Assembly: GCA_030037855.1 (NCBI GenBank)
Contig: JASHPY010000122.1
Coordinates: 1 to 49,299 of the forward strand
DNA length: 49,299 nt
Direction: 5' to 3'
From: Thermoplasmata archaeon
GTDB lineage: Archaea; Thermoplasmatota; Thermoplasmata; Lutacidiplasmatales; UBA184
Shown: piece by piece, positions 24,605 through 33,973 of the stretch
Layout: each line of letters begins with the position of its first letter
How positions within the stretch are numbered: position 1 is the stretch's first letter
The notes under the pieces: generated by a model
Told to the model about the DNA's origin: nothing
The model's input: only the letters and a program-made list of their open reading frames with translations
The model's database searches: none
Translations under genes and position numbers: made by a program

Positions 24605-27451
24605 ATGGTCGCTGACCCCGCGCCCGCGCTCCCCGGCATCGATCCACGGCTCGCTGACGCGATGCACCGCCGCGGCATCCGGTCGTACACGGAGATCCAA
24701 GAGCTCGCGCTTCCGCTCCTCGGGACCGGGTCGGACGCGTTGCTCCTGTCACCGACGGGGACCGGCAAGACCGAGGCCGCGCTGCTCCCGTTGCTCTCGC
24801 GCCGCCTCGCCGAGCCCTCGCCCGCGATCTCCTTGCTCTACGTCACGCCGCTGCGCGCGTTGAACCGCGACCTCGAGCACCGACTCGTCGCGCTCGTGCG
24901 GGACGTGGGACTGACCGCGGCGGTCCGCCATGGGGACACGACGGCGTCCGCCCGTCTCGCCCAGTCGCGGTCGCCGCCGGACCTGCTGCTCACGACCCCC
25001 GAGACCCTGCAGATCTTGCTGGTCGGACGGCGCCTTCGGGAGGGCCTGCGGCACGTCCGCACCGTGGTCGTCGACGAGGTCCACGAGCTCGTGGGCTCCG
25101 ACCGGGGCGCTCAGCTGGGGCTCACGCTCGAACGGCTCGATGCGTGGACCGGGCGCAAGGTCCGCCGCATCGGACTCTCGGCGACGGTCGGCAACCCGGA
25201 GGAGGTCGCCCGGTTCCTCTCTCCCGCGCCGCGCCGGATCGAGGTCGCGGTCGCGCGCGAGCCGCGAGACCTCGTGCTCACCGCTCGCCGTCCCGGCGCG
25301 GGCCGGTCGCCGCTCCCAGCCGAGCTGGTGAGGGAGCTGAAGGCCGACGCGACGTTGCTCGAGGGGCTGCGCGCGGTCGAGGAGGAGATCCGCGCGCACC
25401 GGACGACTCTCGTCTTCGTGAACACTCGACCGACGGCCGAGGGGCTCGCCGCCCGGCTGAACCGACTCGCGCCCGACCTTCCGATCGCCGTCCACCACGG
25501 GTCGCTTTCGCGAGAGGTCCGAGAGGAGGCAGAACGGGCGTTCCGCGACGGGGAGCTGCGGGCGCTGGTCGCGACGTCGTCGCTCGAGCTGGGGATCGAC
25601 ATCGGGGTCGTGGACCACGTCGTGCAGTTCGGCTCGCCGCATCAGGTCGGCCGACTCCTCCAGCGGGTCGGACGCTCGGGTCACCGGCGAGATCGCACGA
25701 TCCACGGCGTCGTGATCTCGCTCGACGACGACGACCTCGAGGAGGCGGCGGTCCTCGCCCGCCGCGCGGATGCGGGCGCGGTGGAAGCCACGTCCTGGCG
25801 GACCCGCAACCGTCTCGCGGCCGCGCAGCAGGTCGTCGCCACGCTCCGGGCCGAGGGCACGGTCGACCGGGAGACGACCGTCCGCACGCTCGGCCACGCC
25901 GCCGCGGTCGCCGACCTCGACGCCCACGACTGGGACGAGCTGTTCGGCTACCTCGTCGACCTCGGGCTCGCGCGGGACTCCGCCGGCCAGCTGACCTCGG
26001 GTCGCGGGACCCTCCATCGGTTCTACTCGTCGCTCTCGTTGATCCCGGACGAGCGGACGTACCGCCTGCGCGACATCGCGACCCGGCGCACGATCGGCAC
26101 GCTGGACGAGCGGTTCGTCCTCACTCAGATCCTCGCGCAGCCGGACGAGATCTTCCTCCTGCACGGTCGGACGTGGAAGGTCGTCGAGTACCGGGACGGG
26201 GAGCTCCTGGTCGAGACGGTGAGCGAGATCGGGCGGGAGCCGCGATGGGCCGGGGAGGACCTGCCGGTGCCGTTCGACGTGGCCCAGGAGATCGGACGCC
26301 TGCGTCGAGAGGGCGGCTTCGGCGACTATCCGCTGTCGGCCGAGGACCGCGCCCGACTCGAGTCACGCCGGGCCGCCGCGCTCGCCGCGAACGGGCTCCC
26401 GACCGACCGTCGGGTCACCGTGACGGCGAGTGGCCGGGTCGTGGTGTACGGGGCGTGCTTCGGGACCCGGACCAACGAGACGCTCGCCCTCGCGACCGCC
26501 GGCCTCTTGACCGCGCGTCTCGGGGCCCGGGTCGAGGTCTCCGCCGTCGAGCCGACCTGGTTCGTCCTCGAGCTGCCCGTCGCGGTCGACGCGCCGACGC
26601 TGGTCGACGCGTTCTCGGTCGACCCGACGACGCTCCTTCCGCTGGTCGAGCGACTCGTCCCCGCCGGCCTCGAGTACCGGTGGGTCTTCCTCTCGGTCGC
26701 ACGGAAGCTCGGGGTGCTTCCGTCCTCCGCGGACCCTCGGGACCTACGGACCCTCGAGCCGTTGCTCGAGGCGGCGCGCACGACCCCGCTGGGCGAGGAG
26801 GTGCTGGACAAGACCCTCCACGACCGGTTCGATGTCGGGCACGCTCGGACGGTGCTCGAGGGCGTCCGTGACGGGTCGATCCAGGTCGTCGCCACCGGTC
26901 CGTCCGCCCTATCCGACGGCCCGCTCGAGCGGCTCACCTGGCGGACGCTGCCCGACACGCCGCCCCCGACCCTGTTGAAGGCGGTGCGTGAGCGGCTCGA
27001 GAAGGAGCCGCTGGTCCTCGTCTGCCTCCGCTGTGGCTTCACGCGTACCACCACGCCGACTCGGTACCGCGCGGAGGGCGGCAGCCGATGCCTGCTCTGC
27101 CATGGGGCGCTCTCGGCGGTCCTGTCGCCTCGGCGCACCGACGAGATCGACCGACTCTCCCGATACGCGCGTGACAAGTGGCGACCGACCCGACCGACCG
27201 CGTCGCGCGGGAAGCGGCGAGCCCGCCCGCCGTCGACCGACGTCGAGAACCTCGTCCGCGCCGGATACACGTCGGCCGAGCTGCTCGCCCACTACGGGGA
27301 ACGCGCCTTGCTCGCCCTCGCCGCTCGAGGGATCGGGCCCGAGACCGCCCGCCGTCTCCTGATGCGGCTGTATCGGGACGACGATGCGTTCTTCATCGAG
27401 ATCCTGCGCGCGGAGCGCAGCTACGCGAAGACCCGTGCGTTCTGGGACTAG
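24605..27451 (+). CDS. lhr: Lhr-type DEAD/DEAH-box superfamily 2 helicase with a C-terminal Zn-ribbon
   Basis: Motif I is SPTGTGKT, motif II is VVVDEVHE, and motif III is LSATVGN. The motif ATSSLELGID is also present. A large DEAD-associated region and CLRCG...CLLCHG follow. The start is the internal ATG (M154 of the track ORF). Confidence 0.88.
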   Translation: MVADPAPALPGIDPRLADAMHRRGIRSYTEIQELALPLLGTGSDALLLSPTGTGKTEAALLPLLSRRLAEPSPAISLLYVTPLRALNRDLEHRLVALVRDVGLTAAVRHGDTTASARLAQSRSPPDLLLTTPETLQILLVGRRLREGLRHVRTVVVDEVHELVGSDRGAQLGLTLERLDAWTGRKVRRIGLSATVGNPEEVARFLSPAPRRIEVAVAREPRDLVLTARRPGAGRSPLPAELVRELKADATLLEGLRAVEEEIRAHRTTLVFVNTRPTAEGLAARLNRLAPDLPIAVHHGSLSREVREEAERAFRDGELRALVATSSLELGIDIGVVDHVVQFGSPHQVGRLLQRVGRSGHRRDRTIHGVVISLDDDDLEEAAVLARRADAGAVEATSWRTRNRLAAAQQVVATLRAEGTVDRETTVRTLGHAAAVADLDAHDWDELFGYLVDLGLARDSAGQLTSGRGTLHRFYSSLSLIPDERTYRLRDIATRRTIGTLDERFVLTQILAQPDEIFLLHGRTWKVVEYRDGELLVETVSEIGREPRWAGEDLPVPFDVAQEIGRLRREGGFGDYPLSAEDRARLESRRAAALAANGLPTDRRVTVTASGRVVVYGACFGTRTNETLALATAGLLTARLGARVEVSAVEPTWFVLELPVAVDAPTLVDAFSVDPTTLLPLVERLVPAGLEYRWVFLSVARKLGVLPSSADPRDLRTLEPLLEAARTTPLGEEVLDKTLHDRFDVGHARTVLEGVRDGSIQVVATGPSALSDGPLERLTWRTLPDTPPPTLLKAVRERLEKEPLVLVCLRCGFTRTTTPTRYRAEGGSRCLLCHGALSAVLSPRRTDEIDRLSRYARDKWRPTRPTASRGKRRARPPSTDVENLVRAGYTSAELLAHYGERALLALAARGIGPETARRLLMRLYRDDDAFFIEILRAERSYAKTRAFWD

Positions 27452-28434
27452 CGCGGAGGCAGGAGGCCCCGGGCGAGCTCCGCCACCACCGAGCGCGACG
27501 CGTCGGTCCGGAACCCTTCGGGCCGCGCGTGGGTCCGGGCGGCCCGGTACCCTCGCACGCGCAGCCCCGAGATCATCGCGGGGAGGCTCGGGGGCATCGG
27601 CAGCGCCAGTTCGGCGGCGAGGCGATTGGCCTCGAAGTAGAACGGCACGTCGGCCGTTACTTCCTCCCGAAGCCGGTCGAGGAAGATCGCGGTCGCCCGT
27701 GGAACCGCGGCGTTGGCCGGAACCTGCATCGCCCGCACGAGGTCGCGGTCGAAGAGCGGACCCAGCCAGAGCGGTCCCCATGGGCCGGCGCCTCCGAGCG
27801 CCGGTCCGGTCCACCGGTCGCGCTCGACCGTTCGGACCGGATCGGAGTCGCCCGGTGAAGCCGGGGCGACCTCGAGGTACGCCCGGACGTGGTGATCGCG
27901 CACGTAGGCGAGCAGCGGACGGACCGTACGTCCCCTCGCTCGAGCCACCCGGGCGAGGTACGCGAGAACGATCCGGAGTCCCCCTTCGGGGCCGAGACGC
28001 CCGCGGACCGGCCGGGCGCCGTACCGGCGCTCGCATGCCCCTTTCTGTACTCCGGCGAGCACCATCATGTCGGTCGCCGTGACGGCGAGCACGCCGTTCG
28101 GCCGGATCGCCGCGAGCGCGGCCTCGACGAACGGGACCGGGCTCCCATACGGGTCGACGTCCACGTAGTCGAAGGTCCCCGCGGGCGGGGGAGACCGCCC
28201 GTCGTGACGGGCGGCCACCGCACCCGGGTACCGTGCGGCATTGGCGACGAGCACCTCGGCGGCGACATCGTTCGCCTCGGTCAACAGGAACGACTCGAAC
28301 ACGCGGCCCTCGTGAAGGAGGCGGAGGCCACGGACCCCGGTCGCGGCCGTGACCTCCCAGCCCGCGAGCCGTCGCGTCCCGCGCGCGGACCAGGCCACGG
28401 CGAACGAGACCGCGAGGTCGCGGTCGCCGGCCAT
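27448..28434 (-). CDS. trm1: tRNA (guanine26-N2)-dimethyltransferase Trm1-like, with a short N-terminus
   Basis: The motifs RDLAV, TGVRGLR and FDYVDVDPYGSPVPFVEAAL are present. Length is 328 aa. The usual ~50-aa N-terminal segment is absent, and the ORF cannot be extended upstream. Confidence 0.75.
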   Translation of the reverse strand: MAGDRDLAVSFAVAWSARGTRRLAGWEVTAATGVRGLRLLHEGRVFESFLLTEANDVAAEVLVANAARYPGAVAARHDGRSPPPAGTFDYVDVDPYGSPVPFVEAALAAIRPNGVLAVTATDMMVLAGVQKGACERRYGARPVRGRLGPEGGLRIVLAYLARVARARGRTVRPLLAYVRDHHVRAYLEVAPASPGDSDPVRTVERDRWTGPALGGAGPWGPLWLGPLFDRDLVRAMQVPANAAVPRATAIFLDRLREEVTADVPFYFEANRLAAELALPMPPSLPAMISGLRVRGYRAARTHARPEGFRTDASRSVVAELARGLLPPR

Positions 28435-28529
28435 CGCGGGATTGTAGAATATCGGCGACCGGGACCTCGGGCCGGGACCGGAACGGGACGGAGGAAGGTC
28501 GAGCTCCGTCCCGCCCTCGCGGGACGGGA

Positions 28530-29114
28530 TCAGTGCGACCGACCCGTGATGAGATGCACGATCTTGAACGCGAGGAGGTTCTTGTTGATCGGCGTCACTT
28601 CGAGCAGTCGTAGTTCGTCCCTTCGGCGGATGTCCTGGAGGAGGGGGTTCCGGGACTTCTTGTGCAGGGTCATCACGATCGATTTCTTGGCATCGAGGGT
28701 CTCGACGACGGCCTTGGTGAACAGCTCGCTCTCGACCTCCATCTTACCGACCTCGTCGATGACGATGACGTCCGCGGTCTCTCGCGCCTCGGCGAGGGCG
28801 CGCGTCCCCACGCCCTCGAGCGCGGCGAGGTTGACCCCGTAGCGGCCCGAGCGCACGCGGGACTTCAGCGACTCGTGCGCGAAGACCTCGTGCTCCTTCG
28901 TCAACCAGTTCGTGATCTGGAACCCGGCACGGCGCTGCTTCTCGACGATCGGCTCGGTCACCATCCCGCCGACCCGCACGCCCTCCTCCTCGAGCAGCTC
29001 GATGATCCGCAGCAGGGTCTGGGTCTTCCCTGACCCCGGAAGGCCGGTGATCCCGATCTTCACGGGGGGAGAGAGACGTCGAGGCATACGCGATAACACC
29101 GTTAGTGCCGTCAT
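28530..29114 (-). CDS. Nucleoside-triphosphatase, THEP1/NTPase_1 family
   Basis: The motifs IGITGLPGSGKTQ, GFQI and IVIDEVGKME are present. Length is 194 aa. Confidence 0.85.
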   Translation of the reverse strand: MTALTVLSRMPRRLSPPVKIGITGLPGSGKTQTLLRIIELLEEEGVRVGGMVTEPIVEKQRRAGFQITNWLTKEHEVFAHESLKSRVRSGRYGVNLAALEGVGTRALAEARETADVIVIDEVGKMEVESELFTKAVVETLDAKKSIVMTLHKKSRNPLLQDIRRRDELRLLEVTPINKNLLAFKIVHLITGRSH

Positions 29115-29124
29115 CTAGGGCCGC

Positions 29125-29775
29125 GTGCAATATGAGCGTATCCCCGTGACGCGCCGTAGGACTGACCGGCGATCGCCGGTCCCCCCTCTCGACACCCTCT
29201 CGGACAGCGTCTATCCGCCGAGGGAGGACTCGTTCCTGCTGCTTCCGTTCGCTCGGGTCGCGCCGGGCAGCACGCTCCTCGAGGTCGGCGCGGGGAACGG
29301 AGCGGCGGCGCTCGAGGCGGCCCGCGGCGGGGCGCGCGTGACCGCGACCGACCTCAACCCGACCGCCCTCGTCCAGTTGCGCGCGCGGGCGCTCGCGGAA
29401 CGCCTCGACCTCGCGGTCGTGCGCACCGATCTCGCCCGCGGTCTCGGGCGATTCGACCGCATCCTCTCGAATCCCCCGTACCTCCCGACCCGACCCGAGG
29501 AGCGGGACCCCGACCGCTGGCTCAACCTCGCGTTGGACGGCGGCGCGGACGGCTGTGCGGTGCTCGCCCGCCTCCTCGACGACCTGCCGTCCCATCTGGC
29601 TCCCGGGGGGGCGGCGTACGTGGTCGTCTCCTCGCTCCAGTCGGTCGAGCGACGTCGGGCGATCCGGCGTCGGTGGAGCGCGCGAGGCGGAAGCTGCCGC
29701 TCGGTGGCCCACCGTGAACTCGAGGGCGAACGACTCGAAGTGTGGCGCTGGTCTCGGGAAAGGCTCGGGACCTAA
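29125..29775 (+). CDS. HemK/Mtq2-like SAM-dependent N5-glutamine methyltransferase
   Basis: The motifs VYPPREDSFLL, the SAM site LEVGAGNGAAAL and NPPYLP are present. GTG start. Confidence 0.75.
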   Translation: MQYERIPVTRRRTDRRSPVPPLDTLSDSVYPPREDSFLLLPFARVAPGSTLLEVGAGNGAAALEAARGGARVTATDLNPTALVQLRARALAERLDLAVVRTDLARGLGRFDRILSNPPYLPTRPEERDPDRWLNLALDGGADGCAVLARLLDDLPSHLAPGGAAYVVVSSLQSVERRRAIRRRWSARGGSCRSVAHRELEGERLEVWRWSRERLGT

Positions 29776-30602
29776 CGGACGCGCCCGGCGTGGTCGAGGA
29801 CCGCGGCGAGGAAGCGACGTCCGTCCCCGATCCCCTCCGGGCCCCCGTTCCGAGACCAGTCGGGGTACTGGGCGCGGAAGAACGATCGCTCGGGGTGCGG
29901 CATGAGGCCGAACACGTTCCCCTCGGGGTTCGTGAGTCCGGCGACGTTCCCGATCGAGCCGTTCGGGTTCCACGGGTAGCGCGCGGGTCCCCCGTCGGGG
30001 GCGACCCATCGGAACAGGACCTGGCCCGAGGCATCGAGCTCCCGTAGCCGCGCCTCGCCGTCGCCGGCGAGCACGAGCTTTCCCTCCGCGTGCGCGACCG
30101 GGATCATGAAACGCGTGCCCCGGGGCGTGTCCCGCAGCGGCGGGAACCGTCCGCCCGACCACTCGAGGAACGTCGGCCGGCACTCGAAGTGTCCGGAGTC
30201 GTTCGTGAGAAGGGCGGCCTCGGGCCGGCCGAGGCGGCCCCCGGCATGGCCGGGGAGGAGTCCGAGCTCGACGAAGACCTGGAAACCATTGCAGATCCCT
30301 CCGGCGACCCGACCGGATCGGACGAACATCTCGAACTCGTCCCCGATGGCCGCGCGGAGCCGGGCGGCGAAGATCGCTCCCGCCCGCACGTAATCGCCCG
30401 CCGAGAACCCGCCGGGGACGAACAGCGCGTCGTAGTCATCGAGGTGACGTCGCTCGTCCGCGCCGACGTCCCGACCCTCGAGCTGTTTCAACGACACGAT
30501 CTCGGGCTGGGCGCCGAGGGTCGCGAGGGCGACGCGGAGCTCCTCGTCGCAGTTCGTTCCTTCGATCGACAGGATGGCGGCCCGTAGCTTCCGGCGCACC
30601 AC
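29772..30602 (-). CDS. purQ: Phosphoribosylformylglycinamidine synthase I (glutaminase subunit)
   Basis: The motifs ILSIEGTNCDEE, GGICNGFQ and MPHPER are present. The start is GTG at V122 of the track ORF; the upstream extension overlaps moeA. Confidence 0.9.
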   Translation of the reverse strand: MVRRKLRAAILSIEGTNCDEELRVALATLGAQPEIVSLKQLEGRDVGADERRHLDDYDALFVPGGFSAGDYVRAGAIFAARLRAAIGDEFEMFVRSGRVAGGICNGFQVFVELGLLPGHAGGRLGRPEAALLTNDSGHFECRPTFLEWSGGRFPPLRDTPRGTRFMIPVAHAEGKLVLAGDGEARLRELDASGQVLFRWVAPDGGPARYPWNPNGSIGNVAGLTNPEGNVFGLMPHPERSFFRAQYPDWSRNGGPEGIGDGRRFLAAVLDHAGRVR

Positions 30603-30625
30603 GGCCGGCCAGCGGGGGCCCGCGC

Positions 30626-31894
30626 TTAACCGTTGTCGGGCGGCGGCGACACGCCGGCGCCCGGCCCGAGCGGGGGGTCGAGCCGGTAGACGCGGATGGT
30701 GGAGCCCGCCTTGACCCGACGTCGGCCGGGGGGGAGCATCGCGTAGGCGGTAGCGCCCGCGAGGCTCGTGATCACGGACGAGCCGCGGAACGTGCTGAAT
30801 GCCCGACCGTCCCGGAACTCCAGCGGGACGATGGTCGAGAGGCCCGGCGTCATCGCCACCGCGTCGCTGCCGAGCACCGCGGAACCCTCCGTCCAGCCCG
30901 GACCGGCACGATGGCCGAGGCGGCGCAGCACCGGGAGAACGAGCCAGTACATGTTCACGAGGCACGAGGTCGGGTGCCCGGGCATGCCAATCACGAGCTT
31001 TCCGTGCGCGTCGGCGGCGAGCGTAGGTTTCCCCGCCCGGACCGCGATCCCGTGGAAGAGCACGCGGCCGAAGTGCGGCAGGATCCGTGGCAGGTGGTCG
31101 CGCTCCCCGACCGAGCTTCCGCCGGTCGCGAGCACGAGGTCGGAGGTCGCGAGCGCCCGGCGGATCGCGGCCTCGATGCGTCGGGGGTCGTCCGGTAGCG
31201 GGGGCTGCGGGCGCGCGACCGCTCCGGCGGCGGTGATCACGGCCGAGAGGGTCGCGTTGTTGCTTTCGTAGATCCGCCCCTCGACCTCGGGGTCTCCGGG
31301 GGCGAGCAGCTCGTTACCGTTCGGCACGATCGTCACGACCGGTCGGGCGAAGACACGGACGTAGGGGATCCCGCACGCCGCGAGGGTCCCGAGAGCCGTC
31401 GCGGTCAGCCCCTCGCCCCGTCGGACCAGCACCTTGCCTCGAGGGAAGTCGTGGCCGGGTGGGGAGAACCGGTCCCCGGGTGCGACCGGCCGGAAGAGGC
31501 GGACGCGATCTCCGGACCGTTCGACCACTTCGAAGATCACGATCGCGTCCGCGCCCCGGGGGAGCGCGCCGCCGGTCGCGATCGCGACCGTCTCCCCGCG
31601 GGCCAGACGGCCGGGATAGGCCTGCTCGGCGAACACTTCCCCGACGATCCGCAGCTCGACCGGACGACGACGGCTCGCGCTCCGGGTATCCTCGGTCCGG
31701 ACCGCGTAGCCGTCCCACGTCGCCCGGGGAAAGCTCGGAACCGGTCGCGTCGCCCGGTAGGTCGCGGCGGCGATCCGACCGAACCCGGCGTCGACCCGGA
31801 CCCGCTCGGTCCGCTCGACGGGGCGCGCATGAGCAAGCAGCCGGCGGCGAGCCGTCTCGACGCCGATCAGGTGCCCGAACGCATGCATCTCCAT
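30626..31894 (-). CDS. moeA: Molybdopterin molybdenumtransferase
   Basis: The protein has the MoeA N-terminal/linker architecture. The MoCF domain carries LATGGSSVGERDH. Length is 422 aa. Confidence 0.88.
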   Translation of the reverse strand: MEMHAFGHLIGVETARRRLLAHARPVERTERVRVDAGFGRIAAATYRATRPVPSFPRATWDGYAVRTEDTRSASRRRPVELRIVGEVFAEQAYPGRLARGETVAIATGGALPRGADAIVIFEVVERSGDRVRLFRPVAPGDRFSPPGHDFPRGKVLVRRGEGLTATALGTLAACGIPYVRVFARPVVTIVPNGNELLAPGDPEVEGRIYESNNATLSAVITAAGAVARPQPPLPDDPRRIEAAIRRALATSDLVLATGGSSVGERDHLPRILPHFGRVLFHGIAVRAGKPTLAADAHGKLVIGMPGHPTSCLVNMYWLVLPVLRRLGHRAGPGWTEGSAVLGSDAVAMTPGLSTIVPLEFRDGRAFSTFRGSSVITSLAGATAYAMLPPGRRRVKAGSTIRVYRLDPPLGPGAGVSPPPDNG

Positions 31895-31909
31895 GCTCGC
31901 GGCTCCCGC

Positions 31910-32791
31910 CTAACGGGCCCCCTCCAGCCAACGCGCGGCCGCGCGCGTTCCGGCGCGCAGGCAGTCGCGCATCTCCTGCCCTTCGAACCACGCCGCGTAA
32001 AAGCCTCCGCGGAACGAGTCGCCCGCGCCGACCTCCGTCCGCACCCGACGAGGTGCGACGGGCGGAACGTGGACGGTGCCGCCTCGATCCCACGACGTGG
32101 CCCCGTCGGGGCCTTCGGTACGAACGACCATCGGGACGCGGGCCAGGAGCCCCTCCGGCCGTCGGACGCCGAGGTAGCTCGCGACCTTCGCGATCTCCGC
32201 CCGGTTCCCGAACAGGATCTCGCTCCCCGCGAGCAGGGCACGCAGACGTCCTCGGTCCCAGCGATAGAAGACCTCCTGCGCCGGGTCCGCCGCCGCCCGG
32301 AGTCCGCGACGTCGTCCCTCGGCGAGGAGGCGGAGCTGGAAGTCCGGGTCGCCGGTCGTGAGGTGCAACCACGAGTACTCGGAGAGCCAGGGTCGATCGG
32401 GCCCGCGCGTCGGCGGGTGCCCCATCGGCCCCTGGTCCATCAGCGTGCGCTGACGGGATCGCCGATCCTCGAGGATGTACGCCGTCGGTGTCGGGAGCCC
32501 GGTGACGCGCTCGACGCCCCGTAGGTCGATATGCGCTCGCTTGAGTCGCTCCCAGAACGGCCCCGGGAAATCCGGACCCACGCGGGCGACGAGCCCGCTC
32601 AGGACGCCGTAGCGGGACGCCGTAAGCACGATGTTCGTGGCCGTCCCTCCGAGCTCCACCCGGTGGGACTCGACCGGCACCGTCCGGTCGTCGGGAGGGA
32701 ACTCGGGGAGTCGTAGGAAGCGGTCGACGTTGACGTGGCCCGAGACCAAGAGGTCGCGCGCCCGACCGTCGATCCCGGTTCGGGTAGCCAT
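31910..32791 (-). CDS. PfkB-family carbohydrate/nucleoside kinase
   Basis: The motif GGTATN and the C-terminal anion-hole motif VGAGDSFRGGF are present. Length is 293 aa. Confidence 0.85.
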   Translation of the reverse strand: MATRTGIDGRARDLLVSGHVNVDRFLRLPEFPPDDRTVPVESHRVELGGTATNIVLTASRYGVLSGLVARVGPDFPGPFWERLKRAHIDLRGVERVTGLPTPTAYILEDRRSRQRTLMDQGPMGHPPTRGPDRPWLSEYSWLHLTTGDPDFQLRLLAEGRRRGLRAAADPAQEVFYRWDRGRLRALLAGSEILFGNRAEIAKVASYLGVRRPEGLLARVPMVVRTEGPDGATSWDRGGTVHVPPVAPRRVRTEVGAGDSFRGGFYAAWFEGQEMRDCLRAGTRAAARWLEGAR

Positions 32792-32878
32792 CGGTGCGGG
32801 CGAGAGCGACCGGGCGCCTTAGCGCTTCGCGCACGCCGCGCGTGTCGCTTAAGCGGTCCGGCCCCTCCGGCCGCGACC

Positions 32879-33973
32879 GCCATGCTCGTCGAGGGCGCGA
32901 TCCTGGATGCCGACGGCGCGCGACCCGGCTACGTGCGGATCCGTCACGGGCGCGTGCGCGAGGTCGGGCAGCGGGGAACCGACTCCCTCCGGGGTCGCGA
33001 GCGCCGGATCCGCGGGATCGTCGTCCCCTCGCCGGTGAACAGCCACACGCACCTCGGCGACGCGGTCTCGGTCCGGGAGCCGCCGCCCGGTCCGGTCGCG
33101 CGGCTCGTCCGCCCCCCCCACGGCTACAAATTCCGCTTGCTCGCGACGGCGACGCCGGAGGAGAAGCGCCGGGCCCTACGGGGCGCGTTCGCGCGGATGG
33201 CGCACGACGGGGTCCGGGCGGTGGTCGACTTCCGCGAAGAGGGGGTCGACGGGGTGAATCTCCTGCGGAACGCGGCGCGTGGCACGGGCCTACGGACCGT
33301 GATCCTGGGCCGGCCCCTACGACGCCCGATCGACCGCGCGGAGCTCGCCTCCCTGCTCCGGGTCGCCGACGGGGTCGGTCTCTCGAGCGCCCTCGAGGAG
33401 AGCCTCGAAACCCGGAACGCCGTCGCGCGCGCCTGCCGCGCGCGCGGAAAGTACTACGGGTTGCATGCGAGCGAGGCCCGTCGCGAAGCGCCGGACACCT
33501 ACCTCGCCCCGCGGCCCGACCTCCTGATCCACCTCGCGAAGGCGACCTCGGACGACCTCGCGGTGGTCGCCGACGCCGGGGTCTCGGTCGCGGTCTGCCC
33601 GCGGTCGAACGCGCTCTTCGGCCGCCAGCCGGACCTCGCCGCGATGGAGCGAGCGGGCATCTCGATGCTGCTCGGCACCGACAACGCGATGTTCCACGCG
33701 CCGTCGATCTGGCGGGAACTCGAGTTCGCGTACGTCGCGACGCGCCTGCGGGGACGGCCGGTCTCGGCGGCGTTCCTCGCGCGCGCCGCGCTCGTCGAGC
33801 CGTGGCGCTGGCTCGGCGAGCTGGACGCGGCGCGGGTCGCGCCCGGAATGCCGGTGCCGCCGCTCGTGCTGCGGCTCCCGCCGGACGACCCGGCCTACCA
33901 GGTCGTGACGCGCACGACCGAACATCTTATCGTTCCGGTCGAGCCCCGGGGCCGGGCGACGATCGGTCCGTGA
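32879..33973 (+). CDS. Metal-dependent amidohydrolase (chlorohydrolase/deaminase-like)
   Basis: The segment VVPSPVNSHTHLGD supplies the HxH metal motif. The motifs HASE and LGTDN are also present. The start is ATG M49 of the track ORF. Confidence 0.8.
   Translation, partial: AMLVEGAILDADGARPGYVRIRHGRVREVGQRGTDSLRGRERRIRGIVVPSPVNSHTHLGDAVSVREPPPGPVARLVRPPHGYKFRLLATATPEEKRRALRGAFARMAHDGVRAVVDFREEGVDGVNLLRNAARGTGLRTVILGRPLRRPIDRAELASLLRVADGVGLSSALEESLETRNAVARACRARGKYYGLHASEARREAPDTYLAPRPDLLIHLAKATSDDLAVVADAGVSVAVCPRSNALFGRQPDLAAMERAGISMLLGTDNAMFHAPSIWRELEFAYVATRLRGRPVSAAFLARAALVEPWRWLGELDAARVAPGMPVPPLVLRLPPDDPAYQVVTRTTEHLIVPVEPRGRATIGP

Noticed and set aside
28530-29775. The divergent NTPase (THEP1-like) and HemK/Mtq2-like methyltransferase pair, separated by only 10 bp, as a novel two-gene system.
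   Set aside because: Both are common, individually conserved archaeal housekeeping genes. The tight divergent spacing is unremarkable in this compact genome, and I see no shared regulatory repeat in the spacer.
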